The notes: generated from the letters alone by a model not told the origin. A stretch of DNA of 64,000 nucleotides from Armatimonadota bacterium (GCA_040289295.1 PSLA01000001.1:33287-97286); one strand, 5' to 3'. Counted from the stretch's first letter, positions 48,093 to 56,977 are shown. A program made the numbers and translations.

Positions 48093-49440
48093 CTGGAGAT
48101 TCAAGTCCGCGCGGTCACGAAGCGTTTCGGCGACGTCGTCGCCCTTAGCGAGGCGTCGCTGACGATCCGTACCGGCGAAGTTCACGCCCTGCTCGGCGAG
48201 AACGGCGCGGGCAAAACCACGCTCGCCTCCATTCTTTCAGGTAACCTGCAGCCCACATCGGGCGCACTGATCGTTGACGGACGAAACGTGCGCTTCCGGG
48301 ACGCGGGGGTGGCGCGCAACTTTGGCATCGACATAGTGCACCAGCACTTTATGCTAATTCCTGCGTTCACCGTTGCCGAAAACCTCGCTCTGTTTGGCGC
48401 GACGGATGGCGTGTCAGAGTTAGACGTTTCACCCGACGCGATTGTGCGCGACCTGTCGGTCGGCGAACAACAGCGGGTGGAGATTGCGCGGGCGCTTGCG
48501 TCCGGGCGCGCAGTCGTCTTGTTCGACGAGCCGACAGCCGTTCTCACGCCTGACGAGTCGCGTCAGTTGCTTGATCGCCTGCGCCGCCTTGCGGACGAGG
48601 GCAGGGGCGTTGTCCTCATCACCCATCGAGTGGAGGAAGCGCTCGCTGTCGCCGACCGGATCACTGTTCTTCGCGGCGGAAAGGTAGTGCGTCAGTTGAC
48701 CCCACGGGAGGCAACCGAGGAAACTCTCAAGACCCTTATCGCAGGTGGCGAGGTGCAGCTGGAGGTAAGCAACGGCGAAAGCCACCCAACTGACGAGATT
48801 CGGGTTCTCGCGCAGGACGTGTGCGTCAGAAGCGATAGGGGGCACATCGCGGTCGCGGGGGTTACCCTATCGATTAGAGCCGGCGAGGTGGTGGGCGTCG
48901 GAGGCGTTGACGGGAATGGGCAGCTGGAATTGGCGGAGGCGATCGCAGGCGTCCGAAACTATGAGTCTGGAGCCGTGAAGACCACAGGAAACGTCGCCTA
49001 CATACCAGCAGACCGCAACCGAGACGGCCTTGCGCTCTTGATGACCGTTCTCGACAACCTTCTGATCGCGGGACATCGCAGGAGGAACCTCCGCGTCGGC
49101 CCGCTTTTGCATCCTCGGCGAGTCCTACAGTGGGCGCGTTCCGTCCTTCGGCGGTACCACGTTCGCCCCCAAAGGATCGACCTCCCCCGCCCTCAGCGGC
49201 GGCAATCGGCAGAAGCTCCTCGTTGCGCGCGAGCTGGACGCCAAGCCTGATGTTATCGTCGCTGTCCATCCAACAAGAGGCCTCGACGTTCGGGCAAAGG
49301 CGCAAGTCCATCGCATGCTTCAAGAGGCGAAGGTGCGCCGCTGCGCCATTCTCCTCGTCAGCGCCGACCCTGACGAACTCTCTTCCCTATCAGACCGCAC
49401 CCTCGTCATGAGCCGAGGGCGGTGCAAGGACAGCACGTGA
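48093..49440 (+). pseudogene. Two-domain ABC ATPase of the BMP-family importer, split by a 1-nt frameshift (or sequencing error) and lacking a canonical start
   Basis: Frame A (48093-49190) contains Walker A GENGAGKTT, LSVGEQQRVEIA and VLFDEPT. Frame B (about 49189-49440) encodes LSGGNRQKLLVARELDAKPDVIVAVHPTRGLDV...ILLVSADPDEL. Total length is 1348 nt, which is 3n+1. The switch maps to the C5 run at 49184-49188. Confidence 0.75.
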
Positions 49441-50444
49441 GGCTCATCCCCATCCTACTCGGCTTATTGCTAACCCTCGCGCTCACCCTCGCCGCGTTCG
49501 GTTTGCCTGTCCTCGATTCGCTCGGCCATCTATGGGAAGGGGCGCTGGGCGATAAGTTCGCCATTCACCGCACGCTCGTCAAGGCAAGCCCCCTGATACT
49601 CGCCGGCCTCGGCATGGTCGTAGCGTGGCGGGGCGGCATGTTTAATATTGGCGGCGAGGGGCAGCTCCTCATGGGCGCGTCAGCGGGGGCGATCACGTAT
49701 CACCTCCTCAGCCGAATCCAAGGTCCCGCGCTAACTGTGCTGGTGTTAGCCGCGTGTTGCCTGGCGGGCGCGTTGTGGGCCTGCATTGCCGCGCTTCTCT
49801 ACACGAAACGAGGCGTCAACGTAGTTATCAGCACGATCCTCCTGAACTTCGTCGCAATTCATATGGTGTCGTACCTCGTGCGCGGGCCGCTCCAGGCAGT
49901 GGGCGAGACAATCCCTCAGACGACGCCCCTGCCGGCAAGCGCAATGTTCCAGCGCCTCGACCCGCAAAGCAGCTTGCACACCGGGTTGTTCATCGCCCCG
50001 CTGCTCGCCCTAACCGTGCACGTGTGGCTGAAGTTGACCGCGTCGGGCTTTCAATTACGCTTGGTAGGGCAGAACCCGTCGGCGGCTCAAGCGGCACGGA
50101 TACCGGTCGCGCAAACGCAGGTGCTCGCCCTCACCGTCAGGGGCGCGCTGTGCGGCCTTGCGGGAGGTGTCGAGTATGTCGGCGTCAGTGGCTACCTCTT
50201 CGACGGCTTTTCACCCGGCTGGGGGTACTTGAGCATCGCGGTCGCGCTTCTGGGTGGCCTGGAGGCTTGGGGCGTGGTGCTTTCGGGCCTCTACTTCGGA
50301 GCGCTTGTCGCCGGTTCGAGGAACCTCGAGGCATTCGGTGGTGCGTCCTCCGCATTTGTGTATGCGGTGCAGGGCATTGCGGTGATTGCGTTCGTCGCGC
50401 TGCAACAATGGGCGCGCCGGAAGGTTGAGAGGACCGCTTCATGA
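49437..50444 (+). CDS. ABC transporter permease (BMP-family importer, first subunit)
   Basis: Polytopic, with the GGMFNIGGEGQLLMGA motif. The GTG at 49437 forms a GTGA overlap with the ATPase stop. Confidence 0.8.
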   Translation: MRLIPILLGLLLTLALTLAAFGLPVLDSLGHLWEGALGDKFAIHRTLVKASPLILAGLGMVVAWRGGMFNIGGEGQLLMGASAGAITYHLLSRIQGPALTVLVLAACCLAGALWACIAALLYTKRGVNVVISTILLNFVAIHMVSYLVRGPLQAVGETIPQTTPLPASAMFQRLDPQSSLHTGLFIAPLLALTVHVWLKLTASGFQLRLVGQNPSAAQAARIPVAQTQVLALTVRGALCGLAGGVEYVGVSGYLFDGFSPGWGYLSIAVALLGGLEAWGVVLSGLYFGALVAGSRNLEAFGGASSAFVYAVQGIAVIAFVALQQWARRKVERTAS

Positions 50445-51325
50445 GCGAGCTCCTCGGCGTTATCGGCGCCATGCTGTCACTCGGCACTCCACTCGTCATC
50501 GCGGCAACCGGGGAAACGATTTCAGAGCGCGCCGGAGTGCTGAACATCGGCCTGGAGGGCGCGATGCTCGCCTCGGCGTACGCGGGCTTCTACACTTCCT
50601 GGCAAACCGGGAGCCCGTACCTCGGCCTGCTCGCAGGCTGCCTCGTGGGGGCGCTCGTGCTGGGGGGAACCGCGCCGCTGGTGCTGCACCTCGGCGCTGA
50701 CCAGGTTGTCGTAGGTACAGGAGTGAACCTGCTCTGCTTGGGCGTCACGGGCACGTTGTTCGTGATGGCATTCGGTCGCGCAGGGCAGTTGGTGCAAGTT
50801 CCCACGGTCGGAAAGTTCGCGGGGGACCTCAGCCTGAATGTCGTGATGCTTGCCGCCCCTGCGCTCGTATACCTGAGTTGGCGCCTCCTTTTTCGCACTG
50901 ATTGGGGCCGCGCGCTTCGTGCAGCCGGTGAAATGCCGGAAGCCGCAACAGCCGCCGGCTGGTCGGTCTACCGCCTCCGTCTGCAGGGCATCCTCGCATC
51001 TGGGCTCACGGCTGGTCTGGCGGGGGCGTACCTGAGCGTCGCGCAAACGAACTCCTTTGCGGAAAACATGACGGCAGGGCGCGGGTTTGTCGTGATTGCG
51101 GCGGTAACATTCGGGCGATGGACCCCGCTCGGAGCAGCCGCCGCGGCAATGCTGATCGCATTTGCCTATGGTCTACAGTTCTTGATCAAAGCGTATTCCT
51201 TGCCGCTGCCGTACCAGCTGTTCGACGCGCTGCCGTATCTGATTGCGCTCGGCGTACTGGTGGGCAGTGGGCGAGGCAAAGCAGGCCCCGCGGCTCTCGC
51301 AATGCCCTACAAGGAGCACCGGTAG
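50441..51325 (+). CDS. ABC transporter permease (BMP-family importer, second subunit)
   Basis: ATGETISERAGVLNIGLEGAML motif. ATGA overlap with the previous permease gene. Confidence 0.8.
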   Translation: MSELLGVIGAMLSLGTPLVIAATGETISERAGVLNIGLEGAMLASAYAGFYTSWQTGSPYLGLLAGCLVGALVLGGTAPLVLHLGADQVVVGTGVNLLCLGVTGTLFVMAFGRAGQLVQVPTVGKFAGDLSLNVVMLAAPALVYLSWRLLFRTDWGRALRAAGEMPEAATAAGWSVYRLRLQGILASGLTAGLAGAYLSVAQTNSFAENMTAGRGFVVIAAVTFGRWTPLGAAAAAMLIAFAYGLQFLIKAYSLPLPYQLFDALPYLIALGVLVGSGRGKAGPAALAMPYKEHR

Positions 51326-51328
51326 CAC

Positions 51329-51355
51329 AGGGAGGGCGAGCCTCCGGCGAGCCGT
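51329..51355 (+). repeat. Family-2 unit, 27/27 identical to 26221-26247
   Basis: AGGGAGGGCGAGCCTCCGGCGAGCCGT, between the permease gene and the PTPS gene. Confidence 0.9.
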
Positions 51356-51374
51356 GGCAAGGAGCAACCGTAGC

Positions 51375-52211
51375 ATGAGGCTGACACGAATCGCCCGCTT
51401 CTCCTGCGGGCACAGGTTCTGGAACCCGGAGTGGAGCGACGACGAGAACCGCCGCGCGTTCGGACAGTACGCTTCACCCTATAACCACGGCCACAATTAT
51501 CTCCTTGAAGTAACGGTGGAAGGAGCCGTACGTCCTGAAACCGGTATGGTGATTAACATCGGGGACGTGAAGAAAGACATCGTCGAGCAGGTAGTACATG
51601 CGCTCGATCGGAAGAGCCTTAACGACGAGGTGCCCCCGTTCGACCGAGTCGCTCCGAACCTTGAGAACCTTATTCGTTGGATCGCAAATCGGATCCCCGC
51701 GCCCGGAGGAGCTAAACTGTGCAGGTTGCGACTGTATGAGATGCAGGACTTCTACGCGGAATTGTCATTCGACGCTGGCGACGCGAAGGGGGAGCGCAAA
51801 GTGCTGACCCTGACGCGCGGCTACCACTTCTCCGCTTCGCACCGGCTGCACAACCCCCAACTGTCCGACGAAGAAAACCGCGAGCTGTTCGGAGCGTGCA
51901 ACAACCCACACGGTCACGGCCACAACTACGAGATGGAGGTTACCGTCGGCGGCCAGATGGACGAAACCACAGGAATGATCGTGGATATTGACGCCCTGGA
52001 TGAAGTGGTGATCCGAGAAGTCGTTGAGCGCTACGATCATCGGAACCTGAACATGGAGTTGCCCGAGTTCGCCGACAAGAACCCGACCTCCGAGGCGCTA
52101 CTAAAAGAAATTTGGAACCGCCTCGAGCCGACCGTTCCAGCCAAACTGGTGCGTGTGGTTTTGAAAGAAACACCGAGAAACGTGTTCGAATACACCGGAG
52201 GTGATGCGTGA
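51375..52211 (+). CDS. Tandem-duplicated 6-pyruvoyl-tetrahydropterin synthase / QueD-like protein (two PTPS domains in one chain)
   Basis: Domain 1 has FSCGHRF...[12 protein letters not shown]. Domain 2 has FSASHRL...[18 protein letters not shown] chose the start at MRLTRIARF (51375). Confidence 0.85.
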   Translation: MRLTRIARFSCGHRFWNPEWSDDENRRAFGQYASPYNHGHNYLLEVTVEGAVRPETGMVINIGDVKKDIVEQVVHALDRKSLNDEVPPFDRVAPNLENLIRWIANRIPAPGGAKLCRLRLYEMQDFYAELSFDAGDAKGERKVLTLTRGYHFSASHRLHNPQLSDEENRELFGACNNPHGHGHNYEMEVTVGGQMDETTGMIVDIDALDEVVIREVVERYDHRNLNMELPEFADKNPTSEALLKEIWNRLEPTVPAKLVRVVLKETPRNVFEYTGGDA

Positions 52212-52777
52212 CCGACCGTCTCCAAGAGGTGTACCGTCGGCTCCTGGAAGAGATTGGCGAAGACCCCAGTCGGGAAGGGCTCGCCAGGACGCCCAGTCGC
52301 GCGGCGAAGGCGATTCGCTTCCTAACGCGCGGCTATCAGCAGAGCCTCGTCGACATTGTGAACGGCGCGGTATTCACCGAGAACCTTGAGGACATGGTCA
52401 TCGTGCGCGACATTGAGTTCTTCAGCCTCTGCGAGCACCACTTACTGCCGTTCTTCGGCTTCGCCCACGTCGGCTACATCCCGAACGGCAAGATCATCGG
52501 CATCAGCAAGATCGCGCGGATCGTGGATATGTTTGCGAGGCGCCTCCAGGTGCAGGAGCGCATGACGCAACAGGTCGCCGAGGCGCTACACGAGACTCTG
52601 GAACCTCGCGGCGTCGTGTGCGTCTCCGAAGCAAAGCACCTGTGCATGATGGCGCGGGGCGTTGAGAAGCGCGCTTCCAACGTCTTAAGCAGCTACCTGA
52701 CGGGCGTGTTCCGCGACAACCCCCCCACACGGCAGGAGTTCTTCGAGTTGATTCAACAAAGGAGGACGTATCTCTGA
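52208..52777 (+). CDS. folE: GTP cyclohydrolase I
   Basis: [14 protein letters not shown] and [23 protein letters not shown] motifs. GTGA overlap with the PTPS gene stop. Confidence 0.92.
   Translation: MTDRLQEVYRRLLEEIGEDPSREGLARTPSRAAKAIRFLTRGYQQSLVDIVNGAVFTENLEDMVIVRDIEFFSLCEHHLLPFFGFAHVGYIPNGKIIGISKIARIVDMFARRLQVQERMTQQVAEALHETLEPRGVVCVSEAKHLCMMARGVEKRASNVLSSYLTGVFRDNPPTRQEFFELIQQRRTYL
52759..52765 (+). promoter_or_regulatory. Shine-Dalgarno AAGGAGG 8 nt upstream of the inferred CTG start at 52774
   Basis: Perfect 7-nt anti-SD complement inside the folE 3' end. The spacing suits initiation at 52774. Confidence 0.55.
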
Positions 52778-53481
52778 GCCGCATCCCCAACGCGTGCCTG
52801 GTAACGGGAGCCAGCAGCGGTATCGGCCGTGCGGTGGCGCTTTGTCTTGCGCGACGAGGCGTGCACGTGGCGCTCAACGGGCGCAACCGGGAACGACTTG
52901 AACAGACCCGTCAAGCCTGTGCCGAAAGCGGCGTGGATGCGTTCGCTGTTGATGGCGACGCGGCCGACGAGGCGGTACTGCGCGAGCTCTTACTCCTCTT
53001 GCCGGAAGGGCCGATTGGAGCCGTCTTCGCCGCGGGCTACGCCCGTTTCGGTGATACTCTGTCGCTCGAAGCCGAAGTCTGGGACTCCAGCATTCACGCC
53101 AACCTAACCGCACTCTATCATGGCAATCGACTTGCGATTGAGGGCATGCTTTCTCGGGGCGGAGGGCGCATCTTGAACGTCTTGAGCGTGGCGAGCAGGG
53201 TCGCGTTCCCCTCCTCGGCGGCGTACGTCGCTTCGAAGTACGGCGCGCTCGGACTCACGCGGAGCCTCGCGGCTGAGTTTCGTTCGCGCGGGATCGAAAT
53301 CATCGCCTTCATGCCCGGCTCAACCAACACCGAGTTGTGGAACAGCCAGGGCGCGGCGCCCGACCGCGAACGCATGATGAAACCGGAAGACGTCGCCACC
53401 GCGGTGGCGAACGCGATCCTGCACGAGGGCGACGCTTTCTTCGACGAGGTGCTACTAATGCCTCCGGGGGGGGTGTTGTGA
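52774..53481 (+). CDS. Classical short-chain dehydrogenase/reductase (sepiapterin-reductase-like candidate), inferred CTG start
   Basis: [10 protein letters not shown] (52804-52833), NVLSVAS and YVASKYG (YxxxK). The first canonical start, GTG 52834, would remove the cofactor-binding motif. Confidence 0.78.
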   Translation: MSRIPNACLVTGASSGIGRAVALCLARRGVHVALNGRNRERLEQTRQACAESGVDAFAVDGDAADEAVLRELLLLLPEGPIGAVFAAGYARFGDTLSLEAEVWDSSIHANLTALYHGNRLAIEGMLSRGGGRILNVLSVASRVAFPSSAAYVASKYGALGLTRSLAAEFRSRGIEIIAFMPGSTNTELWNSQGAAPDRERMMKPEDVATAVANAILHEGDAFFDEVLLMPPGGVL

Positions 53482-54509
53482 TGCGGGTCGGCATCATCGG
53501 CGCAGGAGCTATGGGGCGGACGCACGCGCGGCACTATTCGAAGATGGACGACGTCTCCCTCATCGTCTTCGACATCGAGCGCGAGTCCGCGGAGTCGCTT
53601 CGAAGCCAAGCGGCGAACGCCAGCGTTTGCAACAGCCTCGATCAACTTCTGTCCAGCGTGGACGCGGTTGACGTCTGCCTGCCTACGCATCTACACAAGG
53701 AGGTCGTCCTCACGGCGCTCGAAGCGAAGCTACCCACCCTCTGCGAAAAACCCCTCGCGCGCACCGTTGCCGAGTGCGCCGAGATGGTGGATGCGGCGTA
53801 TCGCCACAGCACGTTGCTCATTCCCGCGCAGGTCGTCCGCTTCTTCCCGGAGTTCGAAACTGCGCACAGGGTCGTTAAGTCGGGGAGATTGGGTGTCATC
53901 TCTGCCATACGAACGCGACGGGGCGGCGCGCAGCCCAGAGGCGCAGGCGAATGGTTCCGCAACCCAGACCTTTCGGGCGGAGTCCTGTTGGACCTCGCTG
54001 TGCACGACTTCGACTGGATTCTGTGGACGTTTGGGCCTGTCGCGCGAGTGTTCTCTCAGGCACTGACCTGGTCGAACGTCGGCGCGCTGGATTACGCGCT
54101 GACGATTTTGACCCTCGATAGCGGCGCGCTCGCCCACGTGGAGGCGACATGGGCAGATCCGGGCGGCTTCCGAGTGACGTTCGAGGTCGTCGGTTCGGAG
54201 GCGCTCCTCGAGTTCGACAGTCGGCTGAAGGCCACGCTGCGAACGGCCACAGACCCCCTCTCCCTGTGGGAGAGGGTTGGGGTGAGGGCAGCTGAGTCCA
54301 ACCTTGCGCCGTGCGACGATCCTTACTTCAAGCAACTGCGCGCGTTCTTGAAGGCAGCTATGGGAGAGGCGCCTCCCGCCGTTCGTCCTGAGGAGGGAAT
54401 GGCCGCCGTGGCAGTTGCGGAGGCGGCGATCGAAAGCGCATGCAGCGGCAGGCCTGTGGCCCCCTCGCGAATCGAACCCCGGCGAACTGCCGAGGCGTCT
54501 GAGATCTGA
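53481..54509 (+). CDS. Gfo/Idh/MocA-family oxidoreductase (contains one in-frame repeat copy)
   Basis: [19 protein letters not shown] Rossmann motif and the CEKPLA motif. TGATG overlap with the SDR stop. Repeat-encoded segment [15 protein letters not shown]. Confidence 0.8.
   Translation: MRVGIIGAGAMGRTHARHYSKMDDVSLIVFDIERESAESLRSQAANASVCNSLDQLLSSVDAVDVCLPTHLHKEVVLTALEAKLPTLCEKPLARTVAECAEMVDAAYRHSTLLIPAQVVRFFPEFETAHRVVKSGRLGVISAIRTRRGGAQPRGAGEWFRNPDLSGGVLLDLAVHDFDWILWTFGPVARVFSQALTWSNVGALDYALTILTLDSGALAHVEATWADPGGFRVTFEVVGSEALLEFDSRLKATLRTATDPLSLWERVGVRAAESNLAPCDDPYFKQLRAFLKAAMGEAPPAVRPEEGMAAVAVAEAAIESACSGRPVAPSRIEPRRTAEASEI
54256..54292 (+). repeat. Family-1 repeat, copy c
   Basis: CCCTCTCCCTGTGGGAGAGGGTTGGGGTGAGGGCAGC, inside the oxidoreductase ORF. 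Confidence 0.92.
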
Positions 54510-56977
54510 TGATGCTCCTCCCTTTCGCGCTCCTTCTGGGGCAAAGCACCGAGCCGTCAGGGGTCTGGCAAGGTCAGGAGTGGCGTGTGAACCCGGCGCA
54601 CGCGTTGATTTGGGATGGTCGCGCGTACACGCCGGTGGGCCTGGCAGTGCCGGCAGCGACGGAGGCGATCCGCAAGGCGGAAAGCGCGGGTGTTAAAGAC
54701 CTTATGATCGAGGCAAGCCTAACCGATGATTGGGCGGCTGCGTTCGCTGCGGCGGAGCGTCTGTCCGCTCGCTACCTGTTGTCCCTGAACGAGCGTATGC
54801 CGCAAGCCTCCGGATGGCTGTGCACACCCGAGGCATTACGGGTTCTGAACGTCAGTCATCGTTCGGTGGTGGAGGTCGCATTGCCGGGCGCAGTGCGGGC
54901 GTACTTTGTGGTCGTTGGACCGTCGTCTTCCATCATGGCGCGTGGCTGGGCGACGATGCACTTCGGCAAGGCCTCCGTGGAAGTGAACCTGAAGGTTAGC
55001 GCGGACGACTACCAGGTGCTTCTCTTCCCACTGATGCGAGAGAGCGACCTCGTGGACTATTGGGAGGGGCTGGACGCAAGGCGCGACGAAGTAATACGAA
55101 AACTGAGGGACGCTGCACCAGGAAAGGGGCTCCGCGGCATAGTAAATCCGTTTGGCCGACCCCCGTCTCACTTCCTCTCCCTGCGGGAGAGGGTTGGGGT
55201 GAGGGCAGCAGACGGCTGGACGACGTCCGGCGGGATCGTGCCCGATTCTATTCTGTTCCGCCTCGAGTTTGAACAGTATCTTCGGGAGAAGTATCAGACG
55301 ATCGAGGCGCTCGCACGCGCATGGCGCATTGACCCGCTGGGGCTCAAGACTTTCGCCGAGGCCGCGGCGCTGATTCCACTCTTCTCACCCGACATGGGCG
55401 TGGACGCGTTCCTCGACCCAGTGAACGACCGAACCGTCTCCGGCCGCCGGGTTGGATCAAGGTTCTGGGACGACGTGCAAGTGGTCATCGAGAGCGCGTG
55501 CGTTCGAAGGCTTTCTCGACTTGCTTCGGCGACTCGGAGCATCGCCAACGTGCCGGTAGTATACGACTGGGCTGGCTGGAGCCCCCTTCACGAGCGGCGA
55601 GATATCGCCGGCGACGGCATTGGTATCCCTACCGTAGGCGCGGGGCGGACCATAGACTCCCTCTCCCTGTGGGAGAGGGTTGGGGTGAGGGCAGCAGACG
55701 CTCTGTCCTCCGCGCTGGCGTGGGGGTCGCGATCGTGGATCGTAAGCACGCGCATCTGCTTTTCAGAAAACGGCGCACCCTTCCCAACCGAGGCACAGTT
55801 GCGCTCGGTGATTGCAGCGCTCGTGGACCTTGGCGTGAAGGGGTGGTTCGTGGAGAGCACGGGAGGAGACGAGGCAGTGTGGGTGGCTGCGATGAACGGT
55901 GAGGCGCAGCAGGACCTCGCTCTGGGGGACCGCTCTCCGCGCGCCATCTTCTATCCCATCAACGCTCGTTACCCGGCGGACACGATGCAACTCCCTGGCG
56001 GCGTATGGTGGCTTCCCACTCCGGCTGCAGGCGATAGGCTCGATGTGGGTGCGAACTATGAAGCGTACCGCCTCACCGCGCCCTATGATCGGCATATCGC
56101 CATCTGGACGACTGGCGCTCCGCGAAAGACGAAGCTGCTGACACCTAACCCTCAATCTGTAACGCTGCATTCGGTTTCGGGAATGGCTGTTGACGCACGA
56201 GTGGTGCGCGACGGCATAGAGGTTACGATTCGGAATGAGCCGCTGCTAATCTTCGGCGCGGACACGACGCCCGTTCCCGAGGACGCAGTTCAGGAACTAG
56301 TAGAGGCGGAGGCTGCGATTACGGCGGAGGCTGTGCGCAAGGGCGCCGACATTACTGAAGAGCGTTTTCTCTTCGCCGACGCGTTGCGCAAAGCGAAGAC
56401 GTCGCCCGGAGCATCGCTGATGCAGATGACAGAGGCCTATCGCCGAATGCTGCTTAAGGTCGCGCCGTACGTCTGGCGAGAAGGGGAGCGGGCGGACTCG
56501 GCAGGGTTGGGTGTTCGAATGCAGTCAGCGGGCTGCTCGCAGGGAGAGGCGCTGCGGCTGCGGCTGGCCATTCCAGCGCGCTTTGTTCAGGTGGACGGCC
56601 GCGACGGGTTCAATGGAATGAGGGCAGTGTACAAGCTGTCTGTATCCGGCAGCCGCGACGAGCACACGGTGTGGTTGGCTGCGAGGATCCCGGAAGAGTC
56701 TCGACCTTTCGTCCGCGTCGAGGTCAAGGGAGACTCCCTCTCCCCGTGGGAGAGGGTTGGGGTGAGGGCAGCACTGTCCGCACCGCCGGTTTCCGAATAT
56801 GGCGATGGATTCGGGTGGTACCAAGTTGGGACGATGCTCCTACCGAAAGGGGAGTATGAGTTCACAGTTTCCATGGACCCAGGCGCGCCGGTGATGGACA
56901 TGGCGATTGACGTGTTGTTGGCTACGCCTCAACCGTTCCGGCCGTCCGGCCCGCGGATGCCGAGGTTCCTTCGATAG
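54509..56977 (+). CDS. 822-aa secreted/exported protein of unknown function (three in-frame repeat copies)
   Basis: The 2.47-kb ORF is stop-free, whereas antisense ORFs here are under 140 aa. Signal-like N-terminus MMLLPFALLLGQS. TGATG overlap with the upstream gene. No motif I recognise. Confidence 0.6.
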   Translation: MMLLPFALLLGQSTEPSGVWQGQEWRVNPAHALIWDGRAYTPVGLAVPAATEAIRKAESAGVKDLMIEASLTDDWAAAFAAAERLSARYLLSLNERMPQASGWLCTPEALRVLNVSHRSVVEVALPGAVRAYFVVVGPSSSIMARGWATMHFGKASVEVNLKVSADDYQVLLFPLMRESDLVDYWEGLDARRDEVIRKLRDAAPGKGLRGIVNPFGRPPSHFLSLRERVGVRAADGWTTSGGIVPDSILFRLEFEQYLREKYQTIEALARAWRIDPLGLKTFAEAAALIPLFSPDMGVDAFLDPVNDRTVSGRRVGSRFWDDVQVVIESACVRRLSRLASATRSIANVPVVYDWAGWSPLHERRDIAGDGIGIPTVGAGRTIDSLSLWERVGVRAADALSSALAWGSRSWIVSTRICFSENGAPFPTEAQLRSVIAALVDLGVKGWFVESTGGDEAVWVAAMNGEAQQDLALGDRSPRAIFYPINARYPADTMQLPGGVWWLPTPAAGDRLDVGANYEAYRLTAPYDRHIAIWTTGAPRKTKLLTPNPQSVTLHSVSGMAVDARVVRDGIEVTIRNEPLLIFGADTTPVPEDAVQELVEAEAAITAEAVRKGADITEERFLFADALRKAKTSPGASLMQMTEAYRRMLLKVAPYVWREGERADSAGLGVRMQSAGCSQGEALRLRLAIPARFVQVDGRDGFNGMRAVYKLSVSGSRDEHTVWLAARIPEESRPFVRVEVKGDSLSPWERVGVRAALSAPPVSEYGDGFGWYQVGTMLLPKGEYEFTVSMDPGAPVMDMAIDVLLATPQPFRPSGPRMPRFLR
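55173..55213 (+). repeat. Family-1 repeat, copy d
   Basis: TCCTCTCCCTGCGGGAGAGGGTTGGGGTGAGGGCAGCAGAC, inside the 822-aa ORF. Confidence 0.92.
55654..55699 (+). repeat. Family-1 repeat, copy e (bounded by AGAC on both sides)
   Basis: AGAC-TCCCTCTCCCTGTGGGAGAGGGTTGGGGTGAGGGCAGC-AGAC, inside the 822-aa ORF. Confidence 0.92.
56736..56772 (+). repeat. Family-1 repeat, copy f
   Basis: CCCTCTCCCCGTGGGAGAGGGTTGGGGTGAGGGCAGC, inside the 822-aa ORF. Confidence 0.92.
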
